DNA of 64,000 bases from Narcine bancroftii. Lineage: Eukaryota. Positions 39,285 through 52,299 of this stretch are shown one piece after another. The DNA is taken from assembly GCF_036971445.1 (NCBI RefSeq), contig NC_091469.1:278070001-278134000 (forward strand). The letters run 5' to 3'. Both the position numbers and the translations under genes were made by a program. The notes beneath the pieces are model-generated. The model had not been told where the DNA came from. It made no database searches and saw only the letters and a list, made by a program, of their open reading frames with translations. The number at the start of each line of letters is the position of its first letter. The first letter of the stretch is position 1.

Positions 39285-40890
39285 GTTTTTTTTTCTTTTC
39301 TAAATTATTTTATTTTCAAGACTCGTGCAAAACCAAGCAAACAATATAGTACATTTTCCTTCCACACAATATAATTCAGAGTCCAGCATTTTCCTCTCTC
39401 TCTTCCCTTATTCCCTCCCCTCCCTTCTCCCATAACTTATACAGATGCACAAAATTACATTAAAAAAGCATGCTGCGGACCCCAAGTATTAAATAAACAA
39501 TAAAAGGTAGGGGATAAACAATAAAAATGAGAATAAAAATTAAAATTAAAACTAAAACACAATCATCTGTGCCACCCCTTCCAATTCACTCTCTCCTTTA
39601 TATACCTAGTGGGATGGTTTTTTTCCCTCCCACCTCATAACTCAAAGCTCAAGACTCAAAAAAGGGGAGAGCGAACTCATATTTGCACACCTACGTGCTT
39701 CAGATACGGCTACCACACTTCAACGAATGTGCCAAATTTCTTCCTTAAGTTGTACATAATCTTCTCCAGGGGACTGAAACACTGCATTTCCATATTCCAT
39801 CGAGTCAGACTTCCACGCAACTGCTATGCACTTTTTACTAACAAGGCAATGTTCACAAACTGAATTTGGTGTTTGGACAGTCTAAAACTGTACTTCCCCA
39901 ATATCTCACAGGAGGTACAATTCTGGATCCTGTGGAAAATCCACCTTTGTAATTTTTTTTCAGGATCTCGCCTTCGGACATAGCAAGGTGGAGTGAACAA
40001 AGGTTCCAACCTCTACACTACATCTAAAGCACATTTCCGAAATTTCTGGCTATGATTTATGTAATTTTTGCGGTGTGAGGAAATCACACTGCACCAGCAT
40101 GTCTCTGGCGATGACAATTCCCGTCATGCTATTCAGGCACAGGTTTTCCCACTGCTGTTCATCAGTTGTTGTGCCAAAGTCCAACTCCCATCTTTCCCTT
40201 GTCCGGTGTAACCCTGAGTTCAGGCCCTCACTTTAGAGAAAGAAATGCATCCTAGAAATGAACTTAAACACATTGCCCTGTTGAATTAGAATGTCCATGG
40301 TACCACACTCAAGTAGACATTGTTTGTCCTAATTTGTCTCTTAAGATCTTAATTGCAGATAGCAAAAGAATGTTTGGTTAGAGAATCCAAATTTGATCCT
40401 CAACTGTTCGAATGACATCAACTGCCCCTGATCGTGACTATCTTTGATACACCTGATCCCTTTTTGGCACCAGGTGTCCAGGATCTTATTGCCTAGTCAT
40501 GGGTATTAAATTGTTCTGGATTAAAGGCCTATTGGGAGACCACCCCACCTTCAATCTAAAATATTGATGTATTTTATGCCATGTCTGGCATAAATGTTTT
40601 AGAATGGGATTGTCCATCTTTTTGGATATTAATTTAGTGTCCCATTTGTATGTAAATTCTCTTGGTAACTTTTCCCTATTGTGTGCCCAGGAAGGGGGGG
40701 CTCCCTCCCTCAAAAAGTGAGGCGATAAACCTCGCCTATGATGCCCAATAATTTTTTTAAAATCTGGCAGTTTTAGACCCCTAATTTGTATTGCCATGTC
40801 AACTTTTCCATGGAGTCCCTAACCCTCTTGCCATTCAACAAAAATTTTTGACAGACTCACTCAGCCTCTTAAAGAAACACTGGGGCAATG
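39285..40890 (-). mobile_element. Decayed L1-clade LINE 3' end
   Basis: RGLKLPDF.. and NPILKHLCQTWHKI ORF2 C-terminal motifs; T-tract at about 39286-39300 is the minus-strand polyA. Confidence 0.65.
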
Positions 40891-43091
40891 ACTGTCTGCC
40901 CATTATTATTATGGGCAGAGTTCCATGCCACATTTGGTCTTGACACCATGTGCAGTCACCCTCTTGTAGATTTCAGCTCTAGTGCATGTTTGGACAAGGC
41001 CATTCTGATGTCAGATGCTTTGGCAAACCTTGGCATCATTGAGCAGATTATTGGTGATTAGTTTTCAATCACTTTTCTAATGATGAGGAGTTGACTAATT
41101 TGGATGGCAATTAGCCAGATTGGGTTTGTCCTGCTTTTTGTTAACACAACAAAACGGAGAATTTTTCCCACATTGCTGTTTATATGCCAGTGCTATAACT
41201 GTACTAGAACAGCTTAGTTAGAGGCGCAATTAATTCTGGCACACAAGCTTTCATTACCACAGCCAGTTTAACAGGGCTTGAAAGCCTTTGCTGTTTCTAG
41301 CACTCACAGCCATTTCCTGACAGCAGGCGGGGTGAAACAAATTAGTTTCTACATTGTCGGGAATCTCCTAAGAAAATGGACATGGGTAATGTCTGGCTGA
41401 ATATGGATGCAGCCTTGTCTTTGCTACTCCCATCTGGGGCCTGACTTTGAGGATGTGAGCATCCTCCTCCTCCCATTAGCCATTTCACTGTTTATTACCA
41501 TTCACTTCTAGGAGGCAGGACTATTAGCTCCGCCTATTGCTTGCTATTTTTGCCAGTTTTCCAGCTGTGCCAGCTGGTAGACCATTTTGGTTCTACCCCC
41601 AGCATGCCATTGTGCATATCTCACTGAACTTGGTTCAATCCTTTGGCTTGATAGCAAAGGTCAAATAAAAGTTATGTCAGGCCATAAAGTTAGATGGTGG
41701 CGTATGCATTTCTGCTGTTATTGATGCTCCACAGCAATTCTTGGATGCCCATTTTGGACTCTGTGATATGATTATTGTGCCACTCAGCAGGCATGCCGAG
41801 TGTGAAGGCTGCATATTCATTGATTCCTCTTAACTCCTGCTAGTAACAGAGCAGATGCTAGCTTTTATAACCTTTCAATATTTAAAAGTTCTTCACAACA
41901 AGCTCCATTAAAACCTTTTAGTGATAGAAGAACATAGAACAGTTTGACACAGGAACAGGCCCTTCACTCAAATTGTCCTTGCTGAACATTATGTCCAAAC
42001 TAAAAATCTGTACCTGAAGGATATCCCTCCATCCTGTCCCATTCGTGCATCTATTTAGAAGCCTGTTGAACACTATTGTATCTGCTTCCACCACTACCCC
42101 TGGCAGCCCATTCTAGGCACCTACTATTTTCTGTGTAAAATATTTGTCCTGCTTAAACTTTCTCCCCCTCATTTTAAATGCACAACCTTTCATGTGTGAT
42201 GCCTTTTCCTTGAGAAACAGATTTGGACTGTCCACCCTGTCAATGTGTCCTTATGATTTGTAAACCCCAATGTTGGCTAAATTTCTGGAATAAATGCACA
42301 TTTCTCACTCCCTCTCCCTCACTCTCGCAATTGTTCCCTTGAAGGTTCCCTTTTATTGCCACATAATAATATATTAAAAAAATGTAACATGCATGATGTA
42401 CTTTAACTTTTGCCTGCTGTAAGGCAGACATGGATTTGCCATTAGTGTTGCTCAGCGCCCTTATAGAACAAGAGAAAGAGAAGCAAAAGAGAGAGCCTTG
42501 AGCGCCTCCAGCACTCCTGCAACCGCACAGACTCCTGTTTATCGGCAACCTGAGCTCCATACCCAAACCTCCAACACAATCAGGAGCTCTTCTTGCCCTT
42601 TGCATCCTCTCGAATCCTGGCTCTGATACATGGTTCCCATGAGCCAGTCTCCAGCAGCCCTTAGCCTGTGCAGGTCTGCTGACCGCAAGTCGCCTGCAGC
42701 CTGTGTGGGTCCCTCAGCCTTTGAGCCCTTCCCTTTAGGGTTCTTCAGCTGAAGAGCCCCTCGCTAGTTTGCTGTCATGGTCCCCGTCCAGGGTTCTCCT
42801 TCTCAACTTGCAGGTGGGTTGGGGGTGTTCTCCCTGTTTCTGGTGCCCTGCTCTGCTCCGTCGCTTCCGTGGAGTTGGCAACCTCTCGTGGCCGATGCAA
42901 AGATGGACTCTCATCTTGTACACAGGCCTGCACTTACAGGATTTTTCTTAAAATGTCAGCTCCTTTAACATGGCATATAAAGCCTGTGTGGAGCTGCTGG
43001 CATTCGTTACGGGCAGTTGAAACTTTCAGAGCAGCCCTATGTCGCCACTCTCCTGGGTCTGCATCACCAGCAGCCTTTCCATTACAGCAGC

Positions 43092-43482
43092 NNNNNNNNN
43101 NNNNNNNNNNNNNNNNNNNNNNNNNNNNNNNNNNNNNNNNNNNNNNNNNNNNNNNNNNNNNNNNNNNNNNNNNNNNNNNNNNNNNNNNNNNNNNNNNNNN
43201 NNNNNNNNNNNNNNNNNNNNNNNNNNNNNNNNNNNNNNNNNNNNNNNNNNNNNNNNNNNNNNNNNNNNNNNNNNNNNNNNNNNNNNNNNNNNNNNNNNNN
43301 NNNNNNNNNNNNNNNNNNNNNNNNNNNNNNNNNNNNNNNNNNNNNNNNNNNNNNNNNNNNNNNNNNNNNNNNNNNNNNNNNNNNNNNNNNNNNNNNNNNN
43401 NNNNNNNNNNNNNNNNNNNNNNNNNNNNNNNNNNNNNNNNNNNNNNNNNNNNNNNNNNNNNNNNNNNNNNNNNNNNNNNNNN
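43092..43482. other. Assembly gap (N run)
   Basis: 391 consecutive N. Confidence 1.
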
Positions 43483-44615
43483 TTTCCAAATCCATTCACT
43501 GGCAGCTGTTTCTGAACCTGACACCATCAGGGTTCAGGAACTGCTGCTACCCCATCACCATCAGACTCCTTAAAGACAAACTCAGACTCATTTAAGGACT
43601 CTTGTGCACTTTATTGATTTTCTTTTATTCTCTCTGTATTGCAGTTTGTTCATGATCTGTTTACAGTTCTTTTATTTGTTTACGCTGTGTGCAGTTTATT
43701 TTTTGCGCTACCAATCAGTGGTAATTCTTCTGCACCCACGGGAAAAAAGGAATCTCAGGGTTGTATGTGATGTCATTGATGTACTCTGACAATAAATCTG
43801 AAATCTGCCACAGGATCATTATTTGAAGCAAATCTTCTACATACTCAGTTGCTTATAAAAATCTTCACTCCTCCTTCCCACTCTACAAATGTCAGGAGCT
43901 TTAAAAGTGAGGTTATTTGTTTAGCGCTGTCCATTATTAAATGGGAAACCAATTCAAATAATTGGAAAAATAATTTCAAAGTTGGACAGGATGAGTTGGT
44001 TAATTGGTCAGTGTATTTGGGTGTGTGGGCTTGTAGGCTAGCAGGGCTGGTGACTGTGTTGTATCTCTAAACTAAAAGCATTTAATTGATGTTAATTAAA
44101 ATATTAACATTTATTAAAATTTAAAAATTTGGATCTTCCACCCAGGTTGGTGACCTCATTTCAAATGAACGGCAGGGTGCTGGATAGGCCAGCATCACAG
44201 GAAGGATGCAGCAGGTCTCAATGTAAAAATGCATCTCGCCCTTCAGCTCTGGATATTCGTGTTCCATTCCTGAAGCCGGTGCTGAATCTAAATGGTGGGG
44301 GGAGGACGGGAGCAGTATCAGATCTGCGGCACATTGCCATACTTGGGTGCTCCAAAGTATAGTCAGGACGATGCTTTACTCACAAAGAACTCACTGCCAG
44401 CAGGAGTTCTCTTCTGCTCTGCCATTAAATGGGTAAATATATTTTCACCTCCTGTTTCTGTCCAGGCAGATTGTATGAACCAAACACTAAAGTGATTTGG
44501 TATCGAATTATCCAACCATCCTTTATGTAACTGGTTAAAAACTATCATTATTCTTTTCCAAAAGAAAGCAAACACTTGTGAATTTTTAAAAAAAATCTCA
44601 CTCCGTGTTTTCCAG

Positions 44616-44696
44616 GAAGCACGAAGAAAGCGAGTAGAACAACACAATAAGATGGTGGCAAAAAAGTTTCATGAAGCAGAAAGTAAAGCTGACTGA
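44616..44696 (+). CDS. C11orf16: C11orf16-like last coding exon
   Basis: TTTTCCAG acceptor; EARRKRVEQHNKMVAKKFHEAESKAD-stop in phase 0. The 10 exons total 2475 nt (824 aa plus stop). Confidence 0.7.
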   Translation, partial: EARRKRVEQHNKMVAKKFHEAESKAD

Positions 44697-46871
44697 AGAT
44701 CGAGGGGCAACTCTGAAAAAACAGCAAATGAAACCTGTTTCACCAATTTAGAAGGTTGGGTCTTTGTATTTTCCCCAATGGTGGGAGCTTTGTAAATTTA
44801 GCTTGCTTTTAGCAACATGATCCAAAGTCAAAAGTATAGTAACTGACCTTAGACTTCATTAATATCTGTACATGATATTCTTTCTTTGTTGCATCAGTGC
44901 AGTAGGCAATGGTACCAGGAATTATTTTTTTTTCATCTGTCATTTTTTCTGTCAAATTTTACTTCCTATTTTAGCTGCCAGGATAACCTGTATTGTGACA
45001 AACCATAGGTAGCTGGGGGGAGGGGGGGGTTGGTGGGGGAGAAGAGGAGGAACTTGTGGAGGTTGTGTGCGCTGATTGCAAAACCTGTGTACACGTGCAC
45101 AGCTGTGGTTCCAGTACTTTTTTGTGCTCTCGGTCCCCCTAATGCAGTGGTCCTCAACTTTTTTCTTTCCATTCATACCACTTTAAATAATCCCTATGCC
45201 AGAGGTGCTCAATGATTAGTAAGGAATTGCTTAAGGTGGTACGTGGATAGAAAGAAAAAGTTTGAAAACCAGTGTTTTAATTGTACCTAACTGACTCATT
45301 ACGTGCACTGTTTCATAACTCCGAAGGAAATAGGCCAATGACCATTTTTCTCAAGCAAAATATTTCAGTAACAATTAGGTCTCGAGCAGTGGTTCTCAAC
45401 CCTCCCTTCCTACTCACATAACCACTTTATTTTGAAGTAGGGTAAAGGAGTCACCACAGTTTTCCAAATCAGCATGCATCCCAAAGAGGCCATTACTAGG
45501 ATGATCATCTATTCACTATCACATCATTGTTTGGGAGCTTCCATGTTTCTTACATAATAACTGTGACTGCTATTTGAAATTATATCATTGGTTATAAAAT
45601 TGGGATGTTCTGAAAGGAAAAAGGAAAATTTAGCTGGAAAACTGAACCAGCACACGAAATACAGGAGAAACATAGCTAGTCAGGCAGCATACATAGAAGG
45701 CAATGTTTTGGGCTGGGAAGGTAATGCTTTGGGCTGGGAAGGTGTCAAGTTTCTCTTTTCCCTCACTTCCTGGAATAGGTCTCATTAAAGGTTAAGAGTT
45801 TACACTTGGCTTCTTTTGTCCACAGCCAAGCCAATGAGATGAATCCTATTTTTCATTTGCTGCATTGAGAGTTTAACACAGCATGTAAATGTAAAATAAA
45901 TGCTCAACTTCTCTTAAATAGTGAGTTCTAGAACTCCATTTAAAAAAAAAAGTCAGGAGGAACATTTTCTCAGGTTCCATCAACTCATTCTACCTTGGTT
46001 CTATTTTCCACCCTGACGTTCAATCTAACTCAGCAGTCTGTGTTTTAATATTAGTTAAATCTTCCCCTGCCTTGGTTTTGCTCTTTTAAATTAACCCATG
46101 CAACAAGCCCTCAGCCATTCTCTTTAAATAGACTACACTGCTCATCTCTGTTCTTCAAACTCTTCTTATTTAAAGAGCTTAAAGGCCATCTCTTTGATCA
46201 AGCTTTGGGTTATGCTTTGTAATCTGAATCTTCGACCTCCTGTTTGTGATCCACCTGGGGACATTTTTTTCTTCATAAAGAAGATATTTTATGGGCCTGC
46301 AATGCTGCTCTGTAAAAATCAATAATCCTATTTGAAAATACACAAATTAAGATTTAAAAAAATGCATTTTTTATCGTAACCTGCAATATTAAACTTTTAA
46401 TTATTCAAAATTTAATGTAGCAACATTAAAATTCCTGCAATGGTCAGTGCCATTTCCTTCAGAAGAGAAATTTTAAAAATCCATGAATCATTTATTTCAA
46501 AAATTTCCAAACTAAATTTAATTGTTTATTATATGTTCTGATGTTGAATTTAGTCACCTATTTTATTAAAACAAATGAGAAGTTAATCCAATGAATGTTA
46601 ACACAGTATCTGTACTCATGCTCAATAAAAATTGTCACAACCAATGAATGATACAAAAGATGTGATTCAATTATACTTTGTTTTAAAATTTTTCATGAAG
46701 CACTTCATGAAATAGTCACTTTATTATTTTTAAAGTGCTCACTAAGAAACCAGCCTTTTAATAAAACACATCAAATAACCATTGCATTAATACTGAAAAA
46801 TTCAAGCTCCTCCTGAAATAAAACCCCAAGGCTATGATATTCTCCCAAAGTAATACTGTACTCCTTGTGGC

Positions 46872-47015
46872 TCATACGTTAAAAATGAGATCTATAGTCT
46901 GATCTGGTCCCAAATGTATGACATGAGTCTGCTCTCTGAGAGATGATCTTGATTTTCCTGTCACTGCATAAGAACCTGGGGCCACTTGGATATGCACCTT
47001 GTCAGTAGATTTAAT
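46872..47015 (-). CDS. AKIP1: AKIP1 last coding exon
   Basis: [33 protein letters not shown]-stop resembles human LYIEVYPGTYSVTVG..KTHVVAVDSGQSVDLVFPV (recalled). Confidence 0.88.
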   Translation of the reverse strand: MKSTDKVHIQVAPGSYAVTGKSRSSLREQTHVIHLGPDQTIDLIFNV

Positions 47016-47818
47016 CTGTTAGAAAAATGCAAAAAATCATGTTAAATTGGTTTGTATTAAAACAAAACATACCTTTTGCCAAAGATGCATTTGATACTCA
47101 TTTTGCCAGATCATCTGCTTTCCCAGGATAACCTGCCATCTTGGATGCAAGCCTACCTGTCCTGCAGGCGTAGCTCTGACTGAGAGCCCAGAAGTCTTGT
47201 AGAGGAAACTTCAAAAAGGTGTTCGGTTCCTTCCTTGCAAACACCTGCAGGCCTATTTTTTTTTCACGATTTAAGACATGGCAAGCAACACTTTAGTGCC
47301 TCTTGAAAGATTTTTGCACTTCCTTATCACTACTTGGAGGTTTAGGAAGTTGCTTATCACGAGGCACCAAAACTGTGCAGCCAAGATTCTGGGCCTATGT
47401 GCTTGACTAAATACAGGCCAGAGGAATTAAAATATACACTTGGATCTAGTTTTTGTCAAACAACAAATTGAATTTTTGGACATTTGAAATAAAAATGGTT
47501 ACCACTTGTTCAACTAGTCTAAAATCCAAAAGTCAAATGTGAGACAGAACACCAGATCACTTTGAAATGGACAGCCAAAGTAATATTTTTGACAGAACAT
47601 GTAACAGAATTTCAAAATTGAAATGCAAATTTCCCTTCTCTTTGTTGTAATATCTGACCTGTATATTTTCAACAAATTCAATTTCTTTCTCATTTCCAAC
47701 AATTCTATTTGTTGTTTTAAACTTTGTTCCATCAACTGCACTGTGGGTTCACTTTGAAGCTTCACAAGCCATTGTTATTTCTCTTCGTTCCAAATTTAAA
47801 TATAGGTAGCACACTTAC

Positions 47819-47932
47819 TGGAGCTTTACAGCTTGGTGAATTCTTGTGATATTTCAGATCTGCATGATAGCGTTGGATATGATTTTCTTCTATTTCTTCT
47901 CTTTTGCATATTGGTACAGTCTTATAGTAATG
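47819..47932 (-). CDS. AKIP1: AKIP1 coding exon 3
   Basis: HYYKTVP..NHIQRYH resembles human KYYSSVP..THVYRYH; CAG acceptor, GTAAGT donor, phase 0/0. Confidence 0.85.
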
Positions 47933-48042
47933 CTGCAAGTTAAATATTATAGGATTATTATAATAGTTTAATTGCATTCAGACTTCGCTTGCATTCATTA
48001 CTCCCAGAAACAGGTAATTAATTCAATTATTAATATGACGGG

Positions 48043-48274
48043 TGTGATAGTACAGATTCTATCACCAACGTGTATATGTACAGATGGTAGTGTAGGATGA
48101 CTGTGATTGGCTGAGAGCGTAGCCACACCTACTGGCAGGTCTTAAAGGATTGCTCCTAGCCAGACCAGGTCATTCTGGACTGGTCGACCTACTTGTGATA
48201 TGCTCCAGTCTTTTAGTTAATCAAAGCCTTGGTTTGGATCAACAAGTCTTTGGTTCTTTCGATGCGCATTAACA
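48043..48274 (+). mobile_element. Solo LTR (family related to 1345-1550)
   Basis: TGTGATAG...TAACA; flanks ACGGG and ACAGG; shares GGTTTGGATCAACAAGTCTTTG with 1345-1550. Confidence 0.7.
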
Positions 48275-48925
48275 ACAGGGTAAGTCAGGTGCTGGTAATT
48301 TGGAGGATCTTCTCATTAATTGACATAATTGAAATTAAGCATCTCAGTAAAATACACTGCCTTTAACATGAAGAAGAGGGTAATTTTATAATTTCTTAAT
48401 GGCACTCCAGTTACTTCCATGTTTGAAACATGCCCAAATTATCCTAACTTATAAATGCTGATTAGTCAACCCTTGATATTAACATTTTTGGTTTCCCAAA
48501 TGCTTCCCATCTTCTTGAATCAGTTTATCGGGTTGGCAGTATATTTTACACTTCAAATTCTTTGCAGATTCTAGGTGCAGATCCTTATTTTTCTAAAAAT
48601 GGGACTTTTTGTTTTCAATTTGACCTACCTTTCATCCTACTGCTTCAAAATAAATCTGTGTTTGCCCTCTATCCAACACTAACCAAATGTTTTCACAAGT
48701 TCAGTTTCATTTTTCTAGCTGTTACACATATTCAAGTGCTTCACAAATGATATGGCCTTTGTAATTCATGTGCATTGGTCAGTATTTTAATTCTATTAAA
48801 CTAATGAACTTGTTAACTAAATTGATGACTAATTATACTCTTCAAGTTTTTTTTACAGACTGACCTGTATATTCCTCCAAGTAGTTTAAATGCAGCGAAG
48901 AAAAATGAAAATCATTAATGCTTAC

Positions 48926-49006
48926 CCGACACCGCCTTGTGCTACAAGCCATACAATGCAGAAGGGAAGCAAAGGCTTCGTTGATGTCAGGGAATTCTGT
49001 TTCACC
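48926..49006 (-). CDS. AKIP1: AKIP1 coding exon 2
   Basis: PDINEAFASLLHCMACSTRRCR resembles human PTLSASFRTMAEFMDYTTSQCG; canonical splice sites, phase 0/0. Confidence 0.85.
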
Positions 49007-49775
49007 CTGACAGAGACATAAGCAGAAGCACAATGGGTTACACCTGGTCACTCCACAGAGATCCTGACATATTTTCCAAAGATTATTAGCCTTTTTGTTC
49101 CTGCCACTGTCTCATTTCATATTTATCAATTGAAAGTAATATGGCAATTACAAACCCATTTTGCATTAAAAAAAATTTGGACATATTATTCCTCTGGAAT
49201 TATCACCTTTTAAATTTCAGTATCTTCTGTAAATTTTGAAATTATCTTTCTGATTCCTTGGTCTAACTTGTTTATATATTCATGAACAATAGCATCCATT
49301 TGGAGCATCATTTAATCTGTAAAACTAACTTTAATGCATATTATCCTTTCCAGTTGGTTAAGAATACACAATAAAATACTCTTTACATGGTAAGATATTT
49401 AAATAAGTTTAAATGAAGATGGCTGGGACACAAGACCTGATAGGTTTGAGAGAGCGAGTGGGTGTCTGAAGCAGAGTCTTCATTTGAAGACTAATTAGCT
49501 TCCAATGGTGATGAACTCTTAGGATTTTGCTCAAAGTTTGTGGGCCCCATTCCCTGGGAAGGAGTCAAGTTTAGTTGGTTTGTTCTGTACTTTTACTGAC
49601 TTTAAAAAAAAAAAATATTTTAAGATTTCAGTTGGCGCCCCCCCCCCCCCCCCCACCACCAAATGAGCTGTGGCCCCTATGGGGGGAAAGGGGGATGTAT
49701 GGCCTCCATTGAGAATGGCTGGACTACATTAATGGTTGACACAATTAAAAGGTAAGAAAACAATGTGCACACACA

Positions 49776-49986
49776 GTAATGATATGGATTGTACATAGTC
49801 ATTGGCTGGTCAAGGCACAGGCTGGCCCGCCCCCTGATGACATTCTCCCTTGTGGTCTAGGCCATAAAGGTCAAGCCACCTCTCCCTTCCCTGGCTTGGA
49901 TTCGGGCCAGCTCAAGTCTTCACAATAAAGCCTATTGTTCCCCTCAGTCTTTGTGGCTATTGGGGCAACTGGTAGGGTCCATCACA
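49776..49986 (+). mobile_element. Probable solo LTR
   Basis: CCAAT-type box (ATTGG), CATAAA, AATAAA, ends ATCACA; CACAC/CACAA flanks. Confidence 0.45.
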
Positions 49987-50739
49987 CACAAATTAGGATT
50001 AGTATCCACATGATGCATATACATCAACAAATAATTTTGGGTGATTGATTATTAAAAATAACAAGAATTTTATTGATATAGTTTTCCACATCACATTCTA
50101 CAATTGCAGTAGAATTTGATGGAAAATAAAAGACATGACATTCCTACATTAGTATTTTCATTGATTATTGTCTAAGAAGTTAACAAATATGTTGTATTAT
50201 AGAATTTCTTTTACACTAAATAAAGCACTTTTTAGGAAACAAAGCAATTTTATTTGCACTAAAATTACTACGGTTCCTCACGCCCCATCTTGTCATTTCA
50301 CCTTATCACTATGTTTTGTGATGAAGCTATTTTTCATATTCTATCCCACAGTCAGTTTGTTTGCATTCATTATCTGTTTACAGTTCTTTTGATTGTTTAC
50401 ATGTTCATGCTGTGCTCAGTTAATTTTTGCACTACCACTTGGTGGTAATTCTGCTGTGCCCGCAGGCAAAAGGAATCAGAGTGGTATGTGATGTCATGTA
50501 TGTACTGACAATAAATCTGAAATCTAAAAAAGATGTTAAAGATGCTGCTACACTGATCTGCCTGCTGAACTCAAAGTTAAAAGTTTATCCCATCACTTTT
50601 ACTCCTGCTGTTGGAAATGGCACACACATATTCTCTAATTTCAATTTTTCTGTTCATTACATTTTTCGTGAAATGCCAAGATCTCATCACTTGCTGCCAA
50701 AGAATTTGTTCTTGGGCTTGCTTCAATCAGCATTTCTAC

Positions 50740-50886
50740 CTTCTCCTTCTGAATGGATGATTCCTCTATTCCCCTTGATCCATCAGTTGACCTCTGAACT
50801 CTCCTTTGAGCACGATGGAGAACTTCCTGCCCAAGCTGCGATGATCGCCTTAAAGCACTTTGAAGTTTGCAAGTGTCATATTCCAT
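50740..50886 (-). CDS. AKIP1: AKIP1 first coding exon (exon spans 50930-50740)
   Basis: Kozak ACCATGG; [20 protein letters not shown] resembles human RSLQRSARLALEVLERAKRR; donor AAG|GTAGAA. Confidence 0.88.
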
Positions 50887-52299
50887 GGTGATGTAATCCC
50901 GAGGGAAGGAGGAAAGGCTTCAAATGGATTCTGCCAAGCAAAAAAAAATTAACTACTTTCACAACACTCTTTGCTTTGACAAATCATTCGCCACAATACT
51001 TTAATAAATATATACCATATCCTTTATCATTTCTTGTAGAATTGTGGATTGATTATAATGTAATGACTGAGGAAATTATATGTAGCAGAGATAAGAAACA
51101 GAAGTGGAAGCAGAACATTAGACCACCTGTTGCTGCTCCTCCACACAAGTTCATGGTTAACTCTTTACCCTAAAGTCACTTTATCCAAAAATCTGTGCGC
51201 CTTGAATGTACCACAGGGTGGATTTTTAAAAAAATCATGATTCCATGGATAAAGACATATCTTTTCATCTCCATTTCCTCATTTAAGACTGAGATTTGAT
51301 ACCCCAGGCAAGGAAAAGCACCAGCTCAACACCAACCCCCATTGGAAGAATGAGTATAGCTCAAGAAGATCATTTCTCATTCTTCCAAACACAAGAGTAT
51401 AGGCTCAAACTGCAATGTTTCATGTACGACACAGAATCAACCTGATGAACTTTCACTACACGACCTCCACCACAAGAGCACCCTTTGTTTGGCGAGGAGA
51501 CCATATTCCAAAGTCAGTCTCACCAGGCCCTGTGTAATTTTAGCTGAATGTGTCTACTCTTCAACTCAATCTTTCTTCATCTAAAATATTCTGCCTAACA
51601 GAATACTTTCAAAGTACAACCTACTTGTTTCTTTTAACCCTGTAACCTGTATCACGAACCCGAGAAATTTTTGAGACCACTTCTCCAATTTGTCGATAAA
51701 TGTATGACACTTTTGAAAGACTGCAACAAAAAAAATCTGAAGACAGAACATAAAGGATTGTACACCTCCAGTTTTCCCTTTTGAAGTCAACAATCTTGGT
51801 TTTGGTGACATTGAGTGTGAGGTTGATACTGGTGCGCCATTCAGCCAAGTTTTCAATCTCTCTCCTGTATGCTGACTCATTTCCCCTTTTTATACAACCC
51901 ACTATACAAAAATGTAATTTACACAGGGTCAACATCATTGTGGGGGGGGGGGGGGCATTCGCAGGCTATACCCCCTAACCCCCAAAATAAATTATTGTGC
52001 CCCTCCGCTGCCCAATCTCGGTTTCTGCCGCTGCCGCCCCCCCCCTCCCCAGTCCAACACTGCAGACGCCATCTCCACGTCCCGGTTCGCCACTGCCGCC
52101 GCCACACCCCCTCCCCTGGTTCAACACAGCATAAAAATCAGAGCTCGTCCCATGGTTGCCCTAATGCCCCTCGATTCCAACACCAACACTGAATTACAGG
52201 AGAAAATATGTCGTTTGTCATTTCCAAGAACAGGAGTAAAAGTGATGGGATAAATGTTATGTTTTAATTCTGAATTTAATAGTACCAGATGAATGTAGC

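Noticed and set aside
42869-43595. Long ORFs in the ORF track
   Set aside because: Artefacts of reading through the N gap
45697-45743. 21-bp tandem duplication GAAGG(C/T)AATG(T/C)TTTGGGCTGG
   Set aside because: Only about two units inside a Penelope-type tail remnant; not an array
47073-47760. Possible additional AKIP1 exons (47244/47252 acceptors; LMEQSLKQQ.. ORF)
   Set aside because: No combination tested kept phase without a stop; direct 47819-47015 splicing gives a coherent 161-aa AKIP1
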